Notes under the pieces: generated by a model
What the model saw: the letters and a program-made list of their open reading frames with translations, nothing else
Database searches by the model: none
Told to the model about the DNA's origin: nothing
Shown: positions 17,992 through 25,789 of the stretch, in pieces
How the letters are laid out: the number at the start of each line of letters is the position of its first letter
How positions within the stretch are numbered: the stretch's first letter is position 1
Position numbers and translations under genes: made by a program
Origin: a virus
Lineage: Duplodnaviria > Caudoviricetes
IMG/VR virus record: IMGVR_UViG_3300028601_000023
Coordinates: 77,175-141,174 of that record
Direction: 5' to 3' (one strand)
Length of the DNA: 64,000 nucleotides

Positions 17992-19023
17992 ATGTTAGCT
18001 TACACCAAAGATCTAAAGGTTTTTCGTTCCAAGGATTTCAACTACAACTTTGATATGAAGACGGGATTCACTCAGCTCTGGGGCAGAACAGCTGATGAAG
18101 ATCCTGAAGTTGCACCGTTTCCTGTAATAGCCGACATAGAGATTACAGAGGTTTGTGCTGGACCCGGGGGAGTAATTTGTCCATTCTGTTATAAATCAAA
18201 CGTTCCTCATAAAGGTTCTGTAATGTCATTGGAACTTGCAAAGAACATCATCGACAAGCTTCCAAAAGAACTCACCCAGATTGCATTTGGTGTTGATGCT
18301 CAATGTGAATCCAATCCAGAATGGTATGAAATTTTTGCATATGCTCGTAGATCTGGATTCATTCCAAACGTAACTGTTGCAGATATTACAGAAGAGACTG
18401 CAGTAAAACTTGCAAACATGTGCGGGGCCGTTGCAGTTTCCAGGTATGCTGATAAGAACTGGTGTTATGACTCAATTGAAAAGCTTACACGGAATGGTCT
18501 AAAGCAGGTAAATATCCATATTCTACTCAGCGCAGAAACGCTTCCATGGGTCTATGAAACAATTGAAGACGCAAAAACAGATCCTCGTCTTGCTGGTCTG
18601 AATGCAATTGTATTCCTTTCGTTGAAACAGAAAGGCCGAGGTGTACACTTCAACAGAGTTTCTCAGGAGCAATACAAAGAAGTTGTAGGTAAGTGCTTTT
18701 CTACTGGTATAAGTTTTGGCTTTGACAGCTGTCAAGGCGCAGCATTTCTGAAGACTATCAAAGACCGTCCTGATTATAAAAAGATTGAGCAAAGTGTGGA
18801 TCCTTGTGAGTCGACAAGATTCTCCATGTACGCCAACGCTCGTGGAGATTTCTTCCCCTGTTCGTTTATGGAAGGAGTTCCTGGATGGGAAGATGGATTA
18901 TCCATTGCTGAAGCAAAAACATTTGAAGAGATCTGGACACACCCACGAACCGAAGAGTTTAGGAAGAAATGTGTCGAATGTCTGAATAATAAAATCGGCT
19001 GCCAATATTACGATATTATGTAG
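17992..19023 (+). CDS. radical SAM protein with SPASM/Twitch-like C-terminus
   Basis: EITEVC-x7-CPFCYK; C-terminal PCES..ANARGDFFPCSF and CVEC....C. Confidence 0.88.
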   Translation: MLAYTKDLKVFRSKDFNYNFDMKTGFTQLWGRTADEDPEVAPFPVIADIEITEVCAGPGGVICPFCYKSNVPHKGSVMSLELAKNIIDKLPKELTQIAFGVDAQCESNPEWYEIFAYARRSGFIPNVTVADITEETAVKLANMCGAVAVSRYADKNWCYDSIEKLTRNGLKQVNIHILLSAETLPWVYETIEDAKTDPRLAGLNAIVFLSLKQKGRGVHFNRVSQEQYKEVVGKCFSTGISFGFDSCQGAAFLKTIKDRPDYKKIEQSVDPCESTRFSMYANARGDFFPCSFMEGVPGWEDGLSIAEAKTFEEIWTHPRTEEFRKKCVECLNNKIGCQYYDIM

Positions 19024-19031
19024 AGGGATAT

Positions 19032-19253
19032 ATGACAGAAGAGAGTCTTGTATATAGACTACAAAAACGAGCAGAGATTCGTCGGCAAATTCCAGGTAGA
19101 AAATCTGTGCAGGAAAACAAACCTGACCGAATTGCTGATTTATTAGAGGAAGCTGCAGCTGAAATTCTATATCTGAAGAAGATTGTTGAAGCACCTTGGA
19201 AATGCGATGTCTGTGGTAATTATGTATCTAATGAATGCGCAGAAACGGAGTAG
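19032..19253 (+). CDS. conserved hypothetical protein
   Basis: RLQKRAEIRRQIPGRKSVQE..PDRIADLLEEAA. Confidence 0.75.
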   Translation: MTEESLVYRLQKRAEIRRQIPGRKSVQENKPDRIADLLEEAAAEILYLKKIVEAPWKCDVCGNYVSNECAETE

Positions 19254-19256
19254 ATC

Positions 19257-19691
19257 ATGAAAATTAGAAACGGATTTGTTTCCAATAGTTCAAGCAGTAG
19301 CTTTATTGTCATCAATGATTCTGGTAATAAAGTTCATCCTTCATTTGGAGATGTTCTTGAAATTCGAATGACTGATGGAGAATATGAGTTTGGGTGGCAG
19401 GTGGAAGAATATTACGACTTCAATTCAAAGTTCAACTGGTGCTATATCATTGCTTCGTATCAAGCAGAAGAAGAAAAAGAACGTCTTCACCAGATGTTAA
19501 TTGAAACAATTGAAGAAGAACTTTGTGTTCCAGTAGAAGTCAATTGGAATGCTCAATCAGAATATGACTATTATATCGATCATGGATCTGTTGAAGATCA
19601 TAATATGGCTATGTTTGATAGTAAAGAAGATCTAAAGGCATTTCTCTTTGATCCAGCAAGTTATATTCACAATACTAATGATAATATGTAG
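19257..19691 (+). CDS. MKIRxGFVSNSSSSSF-motif protein 1
   Basis: N-terminus MKIRNGFVSNSSSSSFIV. Confidence 0.85.
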   Translation: MKIRNGFVSNSSSSSFIVINDSGNKVHPSFGDVLEIRMTDGEYEFGWQVEEYYDFNSKFNWCYIIASYQAEEEKERLHQMLIETIEEELCVPVEVNWNAQSEYDYYIDHGSVEDHNMAMFDSKEDLKAFLFDPASYIHNTNDNM

Positions 19692-19697
19692 GAGACT

Positions 19698-19913
19698 ATG
19701 GAACTATCAGATCTAACATATGAAGCAGGATTTCCAGCAGACATGGATAAAACCCAGCCTATATATCTGTTCAATCCAGAATTTGGAATTATTTCTGTTC
19801 AACCATGTGTAATGTATAAGCAGGTTGTAACTGGAAAGTGGACAAGATCATATCTCGGTAGAACAAAAGCACCAAAAGGTATGACAGTATTCAATACAGG
19901 AGATAAAAAGTGA
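19698..19913 (+). CDS. hypothetical protein
   Basis: AGGAG SD; operon-packed. Confidence 0.65.
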   Translation: MELSDLTYEAGFPADMDKTQPIYLFNPEFGIISVQPCVMYKQVVTGKWTRSYLGRTKAPKGMTVFNTGDKK

Positions 19914-20041
19914 TATGCCCATATTGTAATAAATCTGTAAAGGATATGGTTGCTCATCTAGAGAAATCTGAAAAGTGTGCTGAGAAACATACACGAAACC
20001 TAACAGACCAAATAAAAGTAATACTAGGAGATAAGAAATGA
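19910..20041 (+). CDS. small zinc-finger protein (43 aa), not in the ORF track
   Basis: GTG start after AGGAG; CPYC...HLEKSEKC; 4-nt overlaps at both ends. Confidence 0.65.
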   Translation: MICPYCNKSVKDMVAHLEKSEKCAEKHTRNLTDQIKVILGDKK

Positions 20042-20340
20042 AAATTCGAGCAGGGTTTGTGTCTAATTCAAGTAGTTCAAGTTTTTGTATTTTGGGTGTT
20101 GTTGCTTCTGACGTAATCAACTCAGACATCAAATGGGATCTTCCAAAGGGGTTTGTTTCTGAATATGGTATCAGTGACTACGACGGCGAGCTGATTGGAA
20201 TGAATCCAGAGAGTCTTGATGAGAATATGACAATCAAACAGACAAAGGAATATATTGCGAAAACATTGTCAGAATCTTACGGCGTAGAAGTAAAGCCAGA
20301 AGAAATTCATTGGCACATGGACGGAGGATATGACGGATGA
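20038..20340 (+). CDS. MKIRxGFVSNSSSSSF-motif protein 2
   Basis: N-terminus MKIRAGFVSNSSSSSFCI. Confidence 0.85.
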   Translation: MKIRAGFVSNSSSSSFCILGVVASDVINSDIKWDLPKGFVSEYGISDYDGELIGMNPESLDENMTIKQTKEYIAKTLSESYGVEVKPEEIHWHMDGGYDG

Positions 20341-20699
20341 AGATTAGAACAGGATTTGTAAGTAATAGTTCAAGCAGCAGTTTTATTCTTCCATATAATA
20401 AAGATCTAACCGTTTCTATTACTATGGATGATCTTATTGATATTATAGATAACGCAGATGAATCCAGTGTAGAAGAACCGTTACATACTGTTGATGATGT
20501 CAATAAATATTTTATTGCGCAATATGGATTTAGAGATCAGACTATTGAAGATCTATTGAAAGATGATTATTATCAAGAAAAATATGATGAACTGATTGAA
20601 ATTATCAATAGAGGCCAGTCAGTACTTGTCGGTAGTATTTCATATCATGAACTGCTTGCTACGGCGTTGTTGACAAGAATGGGCGCTGAAATTGACTAA
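20337..20699 (+). CDS. MKIRxGFVSNSSSSSF-motif protein 3
   Basis: N-terminus MKIRTGFVSNSSSSSFIL. Confidence 0.85.
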   Translation: MKIRTGFVSNSSSSSFILPYNKDLTVSITMDDLIDIIDNADESSVEEPLHTVDDVNKYFIAQYGFRDQTIEDLLKDDYYQEKYDELIEIINRGQSVLVGSISYHELLATALLTRMGAEID

Positions 20700-20710
20700 A
20701 GGGAGTATTT

Positions 20711-21007
20711 ATGATTTTGGATAAGTTAGAAAAGTTACAAGCAGAAGCGGTAAAGATCTGTGGAAGTACAGCAAACGCAAAGTATACTCTACCAGAAGAT
20801 ATACTAGAGCAGATTCCTCAACAGTTCCGAGAGATGTATTCTAAGATGGATCCTTTCACTTGTTGTATTACATTGAATATGCTCAACTTTTACTTCAGAT
20901 CAATGTATGAAATGCTTAGTTCTGATGTAGATGTTGAACTATCAAGAGAAAAATTGAATTCTCTTATGGAAGAAGATCTTAAACTAATCTTCAAACAAAA
21001 AGATTGA
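20711..21007 (+). CDS. hypothetical protein
   Basis: GGGAG SD. Confidence 0.7.
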   Translation: MILDKLEKLQAEAVKICGSTANAKYTLPEDILEQIPQQFREMYSKMDPFTCCITLNMLNFYFRSMYEMLSSDVDVELSREKLNSLMEEDLKLIFKQKD

Positions 21008-21037
21008 CATTTAGAAAATAATAGATAGAATCAATTT

Positions 21038-21238
21038 ATGAACGACCGACAAAGACAGATTATCCATGAAATCGAATGGATAAAGAATAAGATTGAAGAA
21101 CTTAGACCATTGCTATTTAAAAGGCCTTCAGTTATAAAACAAATTCGAGATCTAGAACGTCAGATTGCTGAACGAAGGTATTCATTAATTTTTACTATCT
21201 ATGACAATGTAATTGACAAGGAGCGAGACGATGTCTGA
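21038..21238 (+). CDS. hypothetical coiled-coil protein
   Basis: Behind TTGACA-N16-TAGAAT at 21004-21031. Confidence 0.6.
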   Translation: MNDRQRQIIHEIEWIKNKIEELRPLLFKRPSVIKQIRDLERQIAERRYSLIFTIYDNVIDKERDDV

Positions 21239-21671
21239 TGAAGTTCAAATGGTGTCGAATTTGAAAACGAAAGAGGCGGTAAAGGTCAGTTACGAACAGT
21301 TTGAGAAGCTCCTAGCCGATGCCCTCTGGAAACACGCCGGGAAGCTCCGGGAGAGTCCGAGGACCTGTGCCGTGGACTACCGGCGCATGTTTGAGCGAAT
21401 GCCCCTCCTCGAAGGCTGGAGCCTTCTGGCCCTGGCTCGAGAGCATGAGGAATTCCACCCGGAACGGGTAGCCCAAATCGAGGGGCTCCTGAAAAGGCGG
21501 ACAGGAGCAGCGGAAATTTGTCGATCAGGGCGTGGCCTTTAGTTATAAAACAAATTCGAGATCTGGAACGTCAGATTGCTGAACGAAGACGTTCTTTAAT
21601 TTCTATCTATGACAAGGAGCGAGACGATGTCCGATGAAGTTCAAGTGGTGCTGAATCTGAAAACGAAAGAG
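21123..21671. repeat. imperfect direct repeats (21123-21275 and 21534-21671) flanking a GC-rich insert
   Basis: Both copies read GGCCTT.AGTTATAAAACAAATTCGAGATCT.GAACGTCAG...GAAAACGAAAGAG; the intervening 258 bp are about 60% GC by hand count. Confidence 0.9.
21231..21542 (+). CDS. chimeric hypothetical protein (phage N-terminus plus GC-rich body)
   Basis: AAGGAG SD; MSDEVQMVSNLKTKE is shared with ORF 21627. Confidence 0.65.
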   Translation: MSDEVQMVSNLKTKEAVKVSYEQFEKLLADALWKHAGKLRESPRTCAVDYRRMFERMPLLEGWSLLALAREHEEFHPERVAQIEGLLKRRTGAAEICRSGRGL

Positions 21672-22055
21672 AAGTTCAAGATTACTTCTGAAACAATTGA
21701 AAAGCTTTGGCCGAAAACAGAAGATGATTTTCAGAAACTCTTTCCTGGCCTAGGTTCCATCAGTAAACCATACAAGGATCCAATCGGTGATCGTCTCGCT
21801 GAATATCTTGTTACTGAAAAGAGATCTCTTATCATTACAATGTATATGCTTCAGAAGTTTACTGGAACTGTTTTTCCAATTTCTATCAAGGACAACGTTT
21901 ACTATCCAATGATCTTTAAGTATAGATCAGAGTTGCTTGAGATTCTTGAAGCTCTCGAAATCAATAATGCTGATACAGAATATCTCGAGCGGATCATCAA
22001 TTTGATTTTCATTAAGCTCACCGGTGGAATGTATACTTCTGCTGGAACAGATTAG
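21627..22055 (+). CDS. hypothetical protein
   Basis: AAGGAG SD; MSDEVQVVLNLKTKE. Confidence 0.75.
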   Translation: MSDEVQVVLNLKTKEKFKITSETIEKLWPKTEDDFQKLFPGLGSISKPYKDPIGDRLAEYLVTEKRSLIITMYMLQKFTGTVFPISIKDNVYYPMIFKYRSELLEILEALEINNADTEYLERIINLIFIKLTGGMYTSAGTD

Positions 22056-22066
22056 AAGGAGATAGT

Positions 22067-22222
22067 ATGGAACTAACGATTCGGATCAATGGAAAAGTTA
22101 TTCGTCAAAAAGCAATTAGGTTTTCTACTGGATATAAATGGGATCTACCTGGATATGTTATTGACCGTGAGCTGCAGGAGAAGGAACGTGACATCGATCG
22201 GAATACTAAGAAAGGTTCTTGA
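22067..22222 (+). CDS. small hypothetical protein (51 aa), not in the ORF track
   Basis: AAGGAG SD; MELTIRINGKVIRQK... Confidence 0.5.
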   Translation: MELTIRINGKVIRQKAIRFSTGYKWDLPGYVIDRELQEKERDIDRNTKKGS

Positions 22223-22562
22223 TGAAGCAGAGAAAAGCACTGTCTATCCTCACCGAGTTGGAGCAATTGTCTTTCGTGGAAAAAGGATACTGGGTTTCGG
22301 TCATAATTCCAATTCATTGTGCAGCCTTCATCCAAAGTATGTACGCTACAATGAATCAGTTCACGCTGAGCAAGCTGCAATATCTTCGCTTGATTGGTCG
22401 AAACTTCGAGGAGCTTCTATTCTTGTCATACGTCTCACTCGTAGAGGTAAACTTGCTATGAGTAAACCCTGTGCAATGTGTCAGGCTCTGATTGAACATG
22501 TAAAAATCAAGAAAGTATATTATTCTAATTCTTATGGTGAAATTGTTATGGAGAAACTATGA
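22188..22562 (+). CDS. second zinc-dependent cytidine/deoxycytidylate deaminase-family protein
   Basis: HRVGAIV, SVHAEQAAI, SKPCAMC; GTG start after AGGAGAAGG. Confidence 0.85.
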   Translation: MTSIGILRKVLDEAEKSTVYPHRVGAIVFRGKRILGFGHNSNSLCSLHPKYVRYNESVHAEQAAISSLDWSKLRGASILVIRLTRRGKLAMSKPCAMCQALIEHVKIKKVYYSNSYGEIVMEKL

Positions 22563-22747
22563 AATTTGTTGCTTTAGCATTTGATTTTCTATTGTATATT
22601 GTTCTTGGTTTGTTTATGATAGTGATATGTCCATTGATAGGATTGTTTGCGGGAGCATTGTTAGGCTTCAAACAATCCTTCAAATATTTTACTAATGGAT
22701 ATTTTATAATTCAAGATAAGGTAGTAAATAAAAATGAAGTTGAATGA
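22559..22747 (+). CDS. small membrane protein
   Basis: Long hydrophobic N-terminal segment. Confidence 0.6.
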   Translation: MKFVALAFDFLLYIVLGLFMIVICPLIGLFAGALLGFKQSFKYFTNGYFIIQDKVVNKNEVE

Positions 22748-23150
22748 TATTTTAGGATCTTGTACGAAAAGAGAGTTCATGGACTGTTATCGGAAATGCT
22801 ATCCGTATACTAATGATCTTGTTCTGCAGAAAATAGCTAAAGTCTTTGAAGAACTTGAATTCTTAGAAGAATCTGATTCAGAATTCAAATTGAAGATTGC
22901 AACAGTTTCATCAGATACAAGAACTGAATATATGGTCTATGGATATATTGATGAAGATGTCTATGGAGACATGAATGTTGAATGTGAAGATTGGAACAAC
23001 TGGCTTGGATCTGAATGTATCGTAGACCCATCAGTTTGTTCTGAACTTGAATTTGCTGTACATTGTGTCAAAGAAATGACTTTCTTTGGATTTACTCCTG
23101 AAGAAGTCCAAAGGAAAGTCGCTGAAATGAAAGCGGATCCTGAATTCTAA
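22734..23150 (+). CDS. hypothetical protein
   Basis: Acidic; W..WLG..HCVKEMTFFGF motif. Confidence 0.7.
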   Translation: MKLNDILGSCTKREFMDCYRKCYPYTNDLVLQKIAKVFEELEFLEESDSEFKLKIATVSSDTRTEYMVYGYIDEDVYGDMNVECEDWNNWLGSECIVDPSVCSELEFAVHCVKEMTFFGFTPEEVQRKVAEMKADPEF

Positions 23151-23172
23151 CCTTTAACCACTGGAGTCTATC

Positions 23173-23643
23173 ATGCGAATTTTTGGAAACATCATCTGGC
23201 ATCTGTTTTGTTTTGGGTGGCTGACATCTTTGATTTCTGTTCTATTTGGCGCTCTATTTTCTATTACTGGATTTCTAACACCGATTGGACTAGGATTGAT
23301 TCAGTACGCAAAATTTACTCTAGCTCCTTTTAGTTATTCTATGATCTCAAAGAAAGAACTTCGTCCAGTAACTCATCAGACTGGAATTCTATGGAAGTTG
23401 CTATCAGTTATTGGATTTATTTTCTATGCTCCGTTTGGAATTGCTTTGGTGATTCTAGGAGTCTTTCAAGCAATCGTATTGATTTGTACTATTATTGGAA
23501 TTCCTATGGCTATTCCATATATCAAGAGTCTCGGTACTCTATTCAATCCGATCGGAAAGGTTTGTGTTCCAAGAGTTGTCGCGACTGCGGTTAAAGCTCG
23601 GAACGATGCAATGGTAGTAGAAAAATATATTGGTAATGTGTAA
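23173..23643 (+). CDS. yccF: YccF-domain inner membrane protein
   Basis: MRIFGNIIW..FGW, PIGLGL, TIIGIPMA, FNPIGK. Confidence 0.85.
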   Translation: MRIFGNIIWHLFCFGWLTSLISVLFGALFSITGFLTPIGLGLIQYAKFTLAPFSYSMISKKELRPVTHQTGILWKLLSVIGFIFYAPFGIALVILGVFQAIVLICTIIGIPMAIPYIKSLGTLFNPIGKVCVPRVVATAVKARNDAMVVEKYIGNV

Positions 23644-23651
23644 AATACTTG

Positions 23652-23716
23652 TTGACAGTACTCCTTGGTTGAGTTATTCTAAACTCAATTGAACGGAACA
23701 ACAAAAACCAAGGAGT
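23652..23716 (+). promoter_or_regulatory. early promoter with anti-SD inverted repeat
   Basis: TTGACA-N17-TATTCT; ACTCCTTGGTT (23660-23670) is complementary to AACCAAGGAGT (23706-23716). Confidence 0.85.
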
Positions 23717-23723
23717 TTACAAA

Positions 23724-23894
23724 ATGTCTAATACAATCAAGTTCAAGAAAGGTGATGAAGTAAAGTTCTTTGAACATGGTAGTTTAATTCCAGTCTATGG
23801 AAAGATACTCTCTGTTGGAAAAGTAAACTGTAAAATCATCAGTTCTGATGGGTTGATATATTTCATCCCTCCAAGACTACTAAATTTTGATTGA
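23724..23894 (+). CDS. small KOW/SH3-like protein (56 aa), not in the ORF track
   Basis: MSNTIKFKKGDEVKF..YGKILSVGKVNCKI; AAGGAG SD. Confidence 0.7.
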   Translation: MSNTIKFKKGDEVKFFEHGSLIPVYGKILSVGKVNCKIISSDGLIYFIPPRLLNFD

Positions 23895-23908
23895 TAAATA
23901 ATGTATCA

Positions 23909-23973
23909 GGAACAATGAGCTAGCAGCCATCCCGGACCTTGAAACCGGTGTCAAGAAGTAACTTGATGTTCCA
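23909..23973 (+). ncRNA. tRNA-like small RNA / degenerate tRNA
   Basis: GGAACA/TGTTCC closing stem, CCGG/CCGG arm, TCAAG/CTTGA arm without a TTC loop; at the head of the tRNA cluster. Confidence 0.4.
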
Positions 23974-23988
23974 ATTGTTCTTTGAAAT

Positions 23989-24067
23989 CTCCCTCTCGCC
24001 TAACTTGGTTATGGCTCTCGGTTTGGAGCCGAGTATAATGCTTGTTCGAATCAAGCGGGGGAGACCA
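23989..24067 (+). tRNA. tRNA-Pro(UGG)
   Basis: CTCCCTC/GGGGGAG acceptor, CTCGG-TTTGGAG-CCGAG, GTTCGAATC, CCA. Confidence 0.9.
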
Positions 24068-24070
24068 TAT

Positions 24071-24142
24071 TCCGAAATAGCTCAATGGCAGAGCACGTGC
24101 CTGTTAAGCACAAGGTTTCTGGTTCGAGTCCAGATTTCGGAG
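24071..24142 (+). tRNA. tRNA-Asn(GUU)
   Basis: TCCGAAA/TTTCGGA acceptor, loop CTGTTAA, GGTTCGAGTCC; CCA not encoded. Confidence 0.9.
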
Positions 24143-24147
24143 CACAC

Positions 24148-24225
24148 GTCCTCGTAGTCCAACTGGTAGGAGACAAGAGATTCAAGATCTCTACAGTGTC
24201 TGTTCGAATCAGACCGGGGATACCA
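24148..24225 (+). tRNA. tRNA-Leu(CAA), short variable loop
   Basis: AGAGA-TTCAAGA-TCTCT, GTTCGAATC, ACCA. Confidence 0.85.
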
Positions 24226-24236
24226 GTAAAAATTAT

Positions 24237-24311
24237 GCCGGTATAGTTCAGTGGTAGAACGCTTGTTTTGTAATCAAGATGTCGGGAGTTCAAATCTCTC
24301 TATCGGCTCCA
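24237..24311 (+). tRNA. tRNA-Thr(UGU)
   Basis: GCCGGTA/TATCGGC acceptor, loop TTTGTAA, TCCA. Confidence 0.9.
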
Positions 24312-24320
24312 ATAAATTTC

Positions 24321-24398
24321 GGCCCTTTATCCCAACTGGTAGAGGAAGCTGCTTTAGAAGCAGTAAATGTCTCAGTTCGAATCTGAGAGGGGCTACCA
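24321..24398 (+). tRNA. tRNA-Leu(UAG), short variable loop
   Basis: GCTGC-TTTAGAA-GCAGT, GTTCGAATC, ACCA. Confidence 0.85.
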
Positions 24399-24402
24399 TT
24401 TC

Positions 24403-24478
24403 GTGTCTGAACCCAAATAGCGAGGGCACTGGCTGTGACCCAGTTGGCTAGTGGGAGCGTTACCCACCGGACACTCCA
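24403..24478 (+). tRNA. tRNA-His(GUG), atypical
   Basis: GTGTCTG/CGGACAC acceptor, ACTGG-CTGTGAC-CCAGT, T-loop AGCGTTA, TCCA. Confidence 0.75.
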
Positions 24479-24479
24479 A

Positions 24480-24592
24480 ATTTTGACCACTCTTAGCAGA
24501 GGAGCGTAGATACGGCGGATTGTCTTGCGGCACTTATCGATTACGTCACATCATCCAAGAGTAAGCAGACATGAGGGATGATTGGTCAAAAT
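24480..24592 (+). ncRNA. putative structured small RNA
   Basis: 10-bp closing stem ATTTTGACCA/TGGTCAAAAT enclosing three hairpins; GC-richer than its surroundings; within the tRNA cluster. Confidence 0.5.
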
Positions 24593-24597
24593 ATCTA

Positions 24598-24626
24598 TTG
24601 ACATTTTATCTTAACTTAGATATTCT
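24598..24626 (+). promoter_or_regulatory. early promoter
   Basis: TTGACA-N17-TATTCT upstream of tRNA(CAU). Confidence 0.8.
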
Positions 24627-24646
24627 ATTCTCATCTGAAACAATAT

Positions 24647-24722
24647 TGCCGTATAGTTCAATTGGTAGAATCCCCGGCTCATAACCGGACAGTTACATGT
24701 TCAAGTCATGTTGCGGCAACCA
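24647..24722 (+). tRNA. tRNA-Met or Ile2 (CAU)
   Basis: TGCCGTA/TGCGGCA acceptor, loop CTCATAA, GTTCAAGTC, ACCA. Confidence 0.88.
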
Positions 24723-24739
24723 AACCATCGGAGTTTCAA

Positions 24740-24916
24740 ATGAATCCGTCTTATTACAAAACAGCTCGCCAGATTTCTTCAACTCTTTTTGTCAAGATCG
24801 TTTTCTATTCTAAAGAGACCAATATGTTCTTTTGTGAAGTTCCTACCGATAAATCATATAAAACAAATAACGAACAATGGTTGCGGGCGGATGAACTGTC
24901 TGACTTTTGTTTATAG
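24740..24916 (+). CDS. hypothetical protein
   Basis: GGAG SD; MNPSYYKTARQ. Confidence 0.65.
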   Translation: MNPSYYKTARQISSTLFVKIVFYSKETNMFFCEVPTDKSYKTNNEQWLRADELSDFCL

Positions 24917-24924
24917 GGGCAAAA

Positions 24925-25164
24925 ATGAATATTCTAAAAGCATCTTTTGAGTTTGTGTTTCTGCTTTGTAAAAATCTATTTGTATTTTTATTATTAGCTA
25001 CAGCCTTTATAAGTTCTCTTATAGCTGTCGTTGTATTAGTACATATGATCATGTATTACTTTTTGCCGTACGATGTTATCAAGCTTTTTGCTTCTATTGT
25101 CGGAGTGTTTGTTTATCTGGTTATATTTTGTACTGTCATTCAGTTCAAACAAAGGAGAGGCTAA
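24925..25164 (+). CDS. membrane protein
   Basis: Two hydrophobic segments. Confidence 0.65.
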   Translation: MNILKASFEFVFLLCKNLFVFLLLATAFISSLIAVVVLVHMIMYYFLPYDVIKLFASIVGVFVYLVIFCTVIQFKQRRG

Positions 25165-25532
25165 TGTCATATTCTATCAAAATTGAATATACTACTGGTG
25201 ATTCTTTCAGTTCAGCTGAAAGAGATTCTATTCTTGAAGGAACGTGGACTGATCTGAAAATTCTTAAAAGAAATCTTCTACGTATTCAGAATCATTACAA
25301 GAAGTTTAATGAATTCTCTCGCCGGAATACCAAAGAATGGCTGAAAGATATGCCAGAAGGATGCGTCTATAAAGGAGATGAGAAATATCCAGACGCATAC
25401 AATTTGTCTTTAGAATTGCTGACAGACAAAGGTGATCCGTGGGTTTTCTTTCCGTTCTGGTGTGGATATTTTGAGCACTTGCATTCTGCTGAAATTATAT
25501 ATGTTGGAACTGAAACGAGGATAGAATTCTGA
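25164..25532 (+). CDS. conserved hypothetical protein
   Basis: IEYTTGDSF...FWCGYFEHLHSAEI. Confidence 0.75.
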   Translation: MSYSIKIEYTTGDSFSSAERDSILEGTWTDLKILKRNLLRIQNHYKKFNEFSRRNTKEWLKDMPEGCVYKGDEKYPDAYNLSLELLTDKGDPWVFFPFWCGYFEHLHSAEIIYVGTETRIEF

Positions 25533-25789
25533 TGAAGGACTCTTACTATAAACATTTACATTTCTTTTTCTTGGTTTTGCGCGTTTTTATTATGAATACT
25601 ATAAAGATCTCGTTCTTTGTAATTGCAGTTATATCATGTGTGATGATTATTTTGCTGGGAATACAAATGATTTTATTATATGCCGCTGAATATGCGACAT
25701 TAATATTTGTTGGCCTGTTTATTTTATTCATTATAATTCTAAAGACGTGTTATGAAGTTCAATATATAAAGGAAAAATATGAAAGCTGA
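25532..25789 (+). CDS. membrane protein
   Basis: Hydrophobic; operon-packed. Confidence 0.6.
   Translation: MKDSYYKHLHFFFLVLRVFIMNTIKISFFVIAVISCVMIILLGIQMILLYAAEYATLIFVGLFILFIIILKTCYEVQYIKEKYES

Noticed and set aside
23939-24490. ORF-track proteins at 23939, 24051, 24251 and 24290
   Set aside because: They overlap clear tRNA genes and are spurious.
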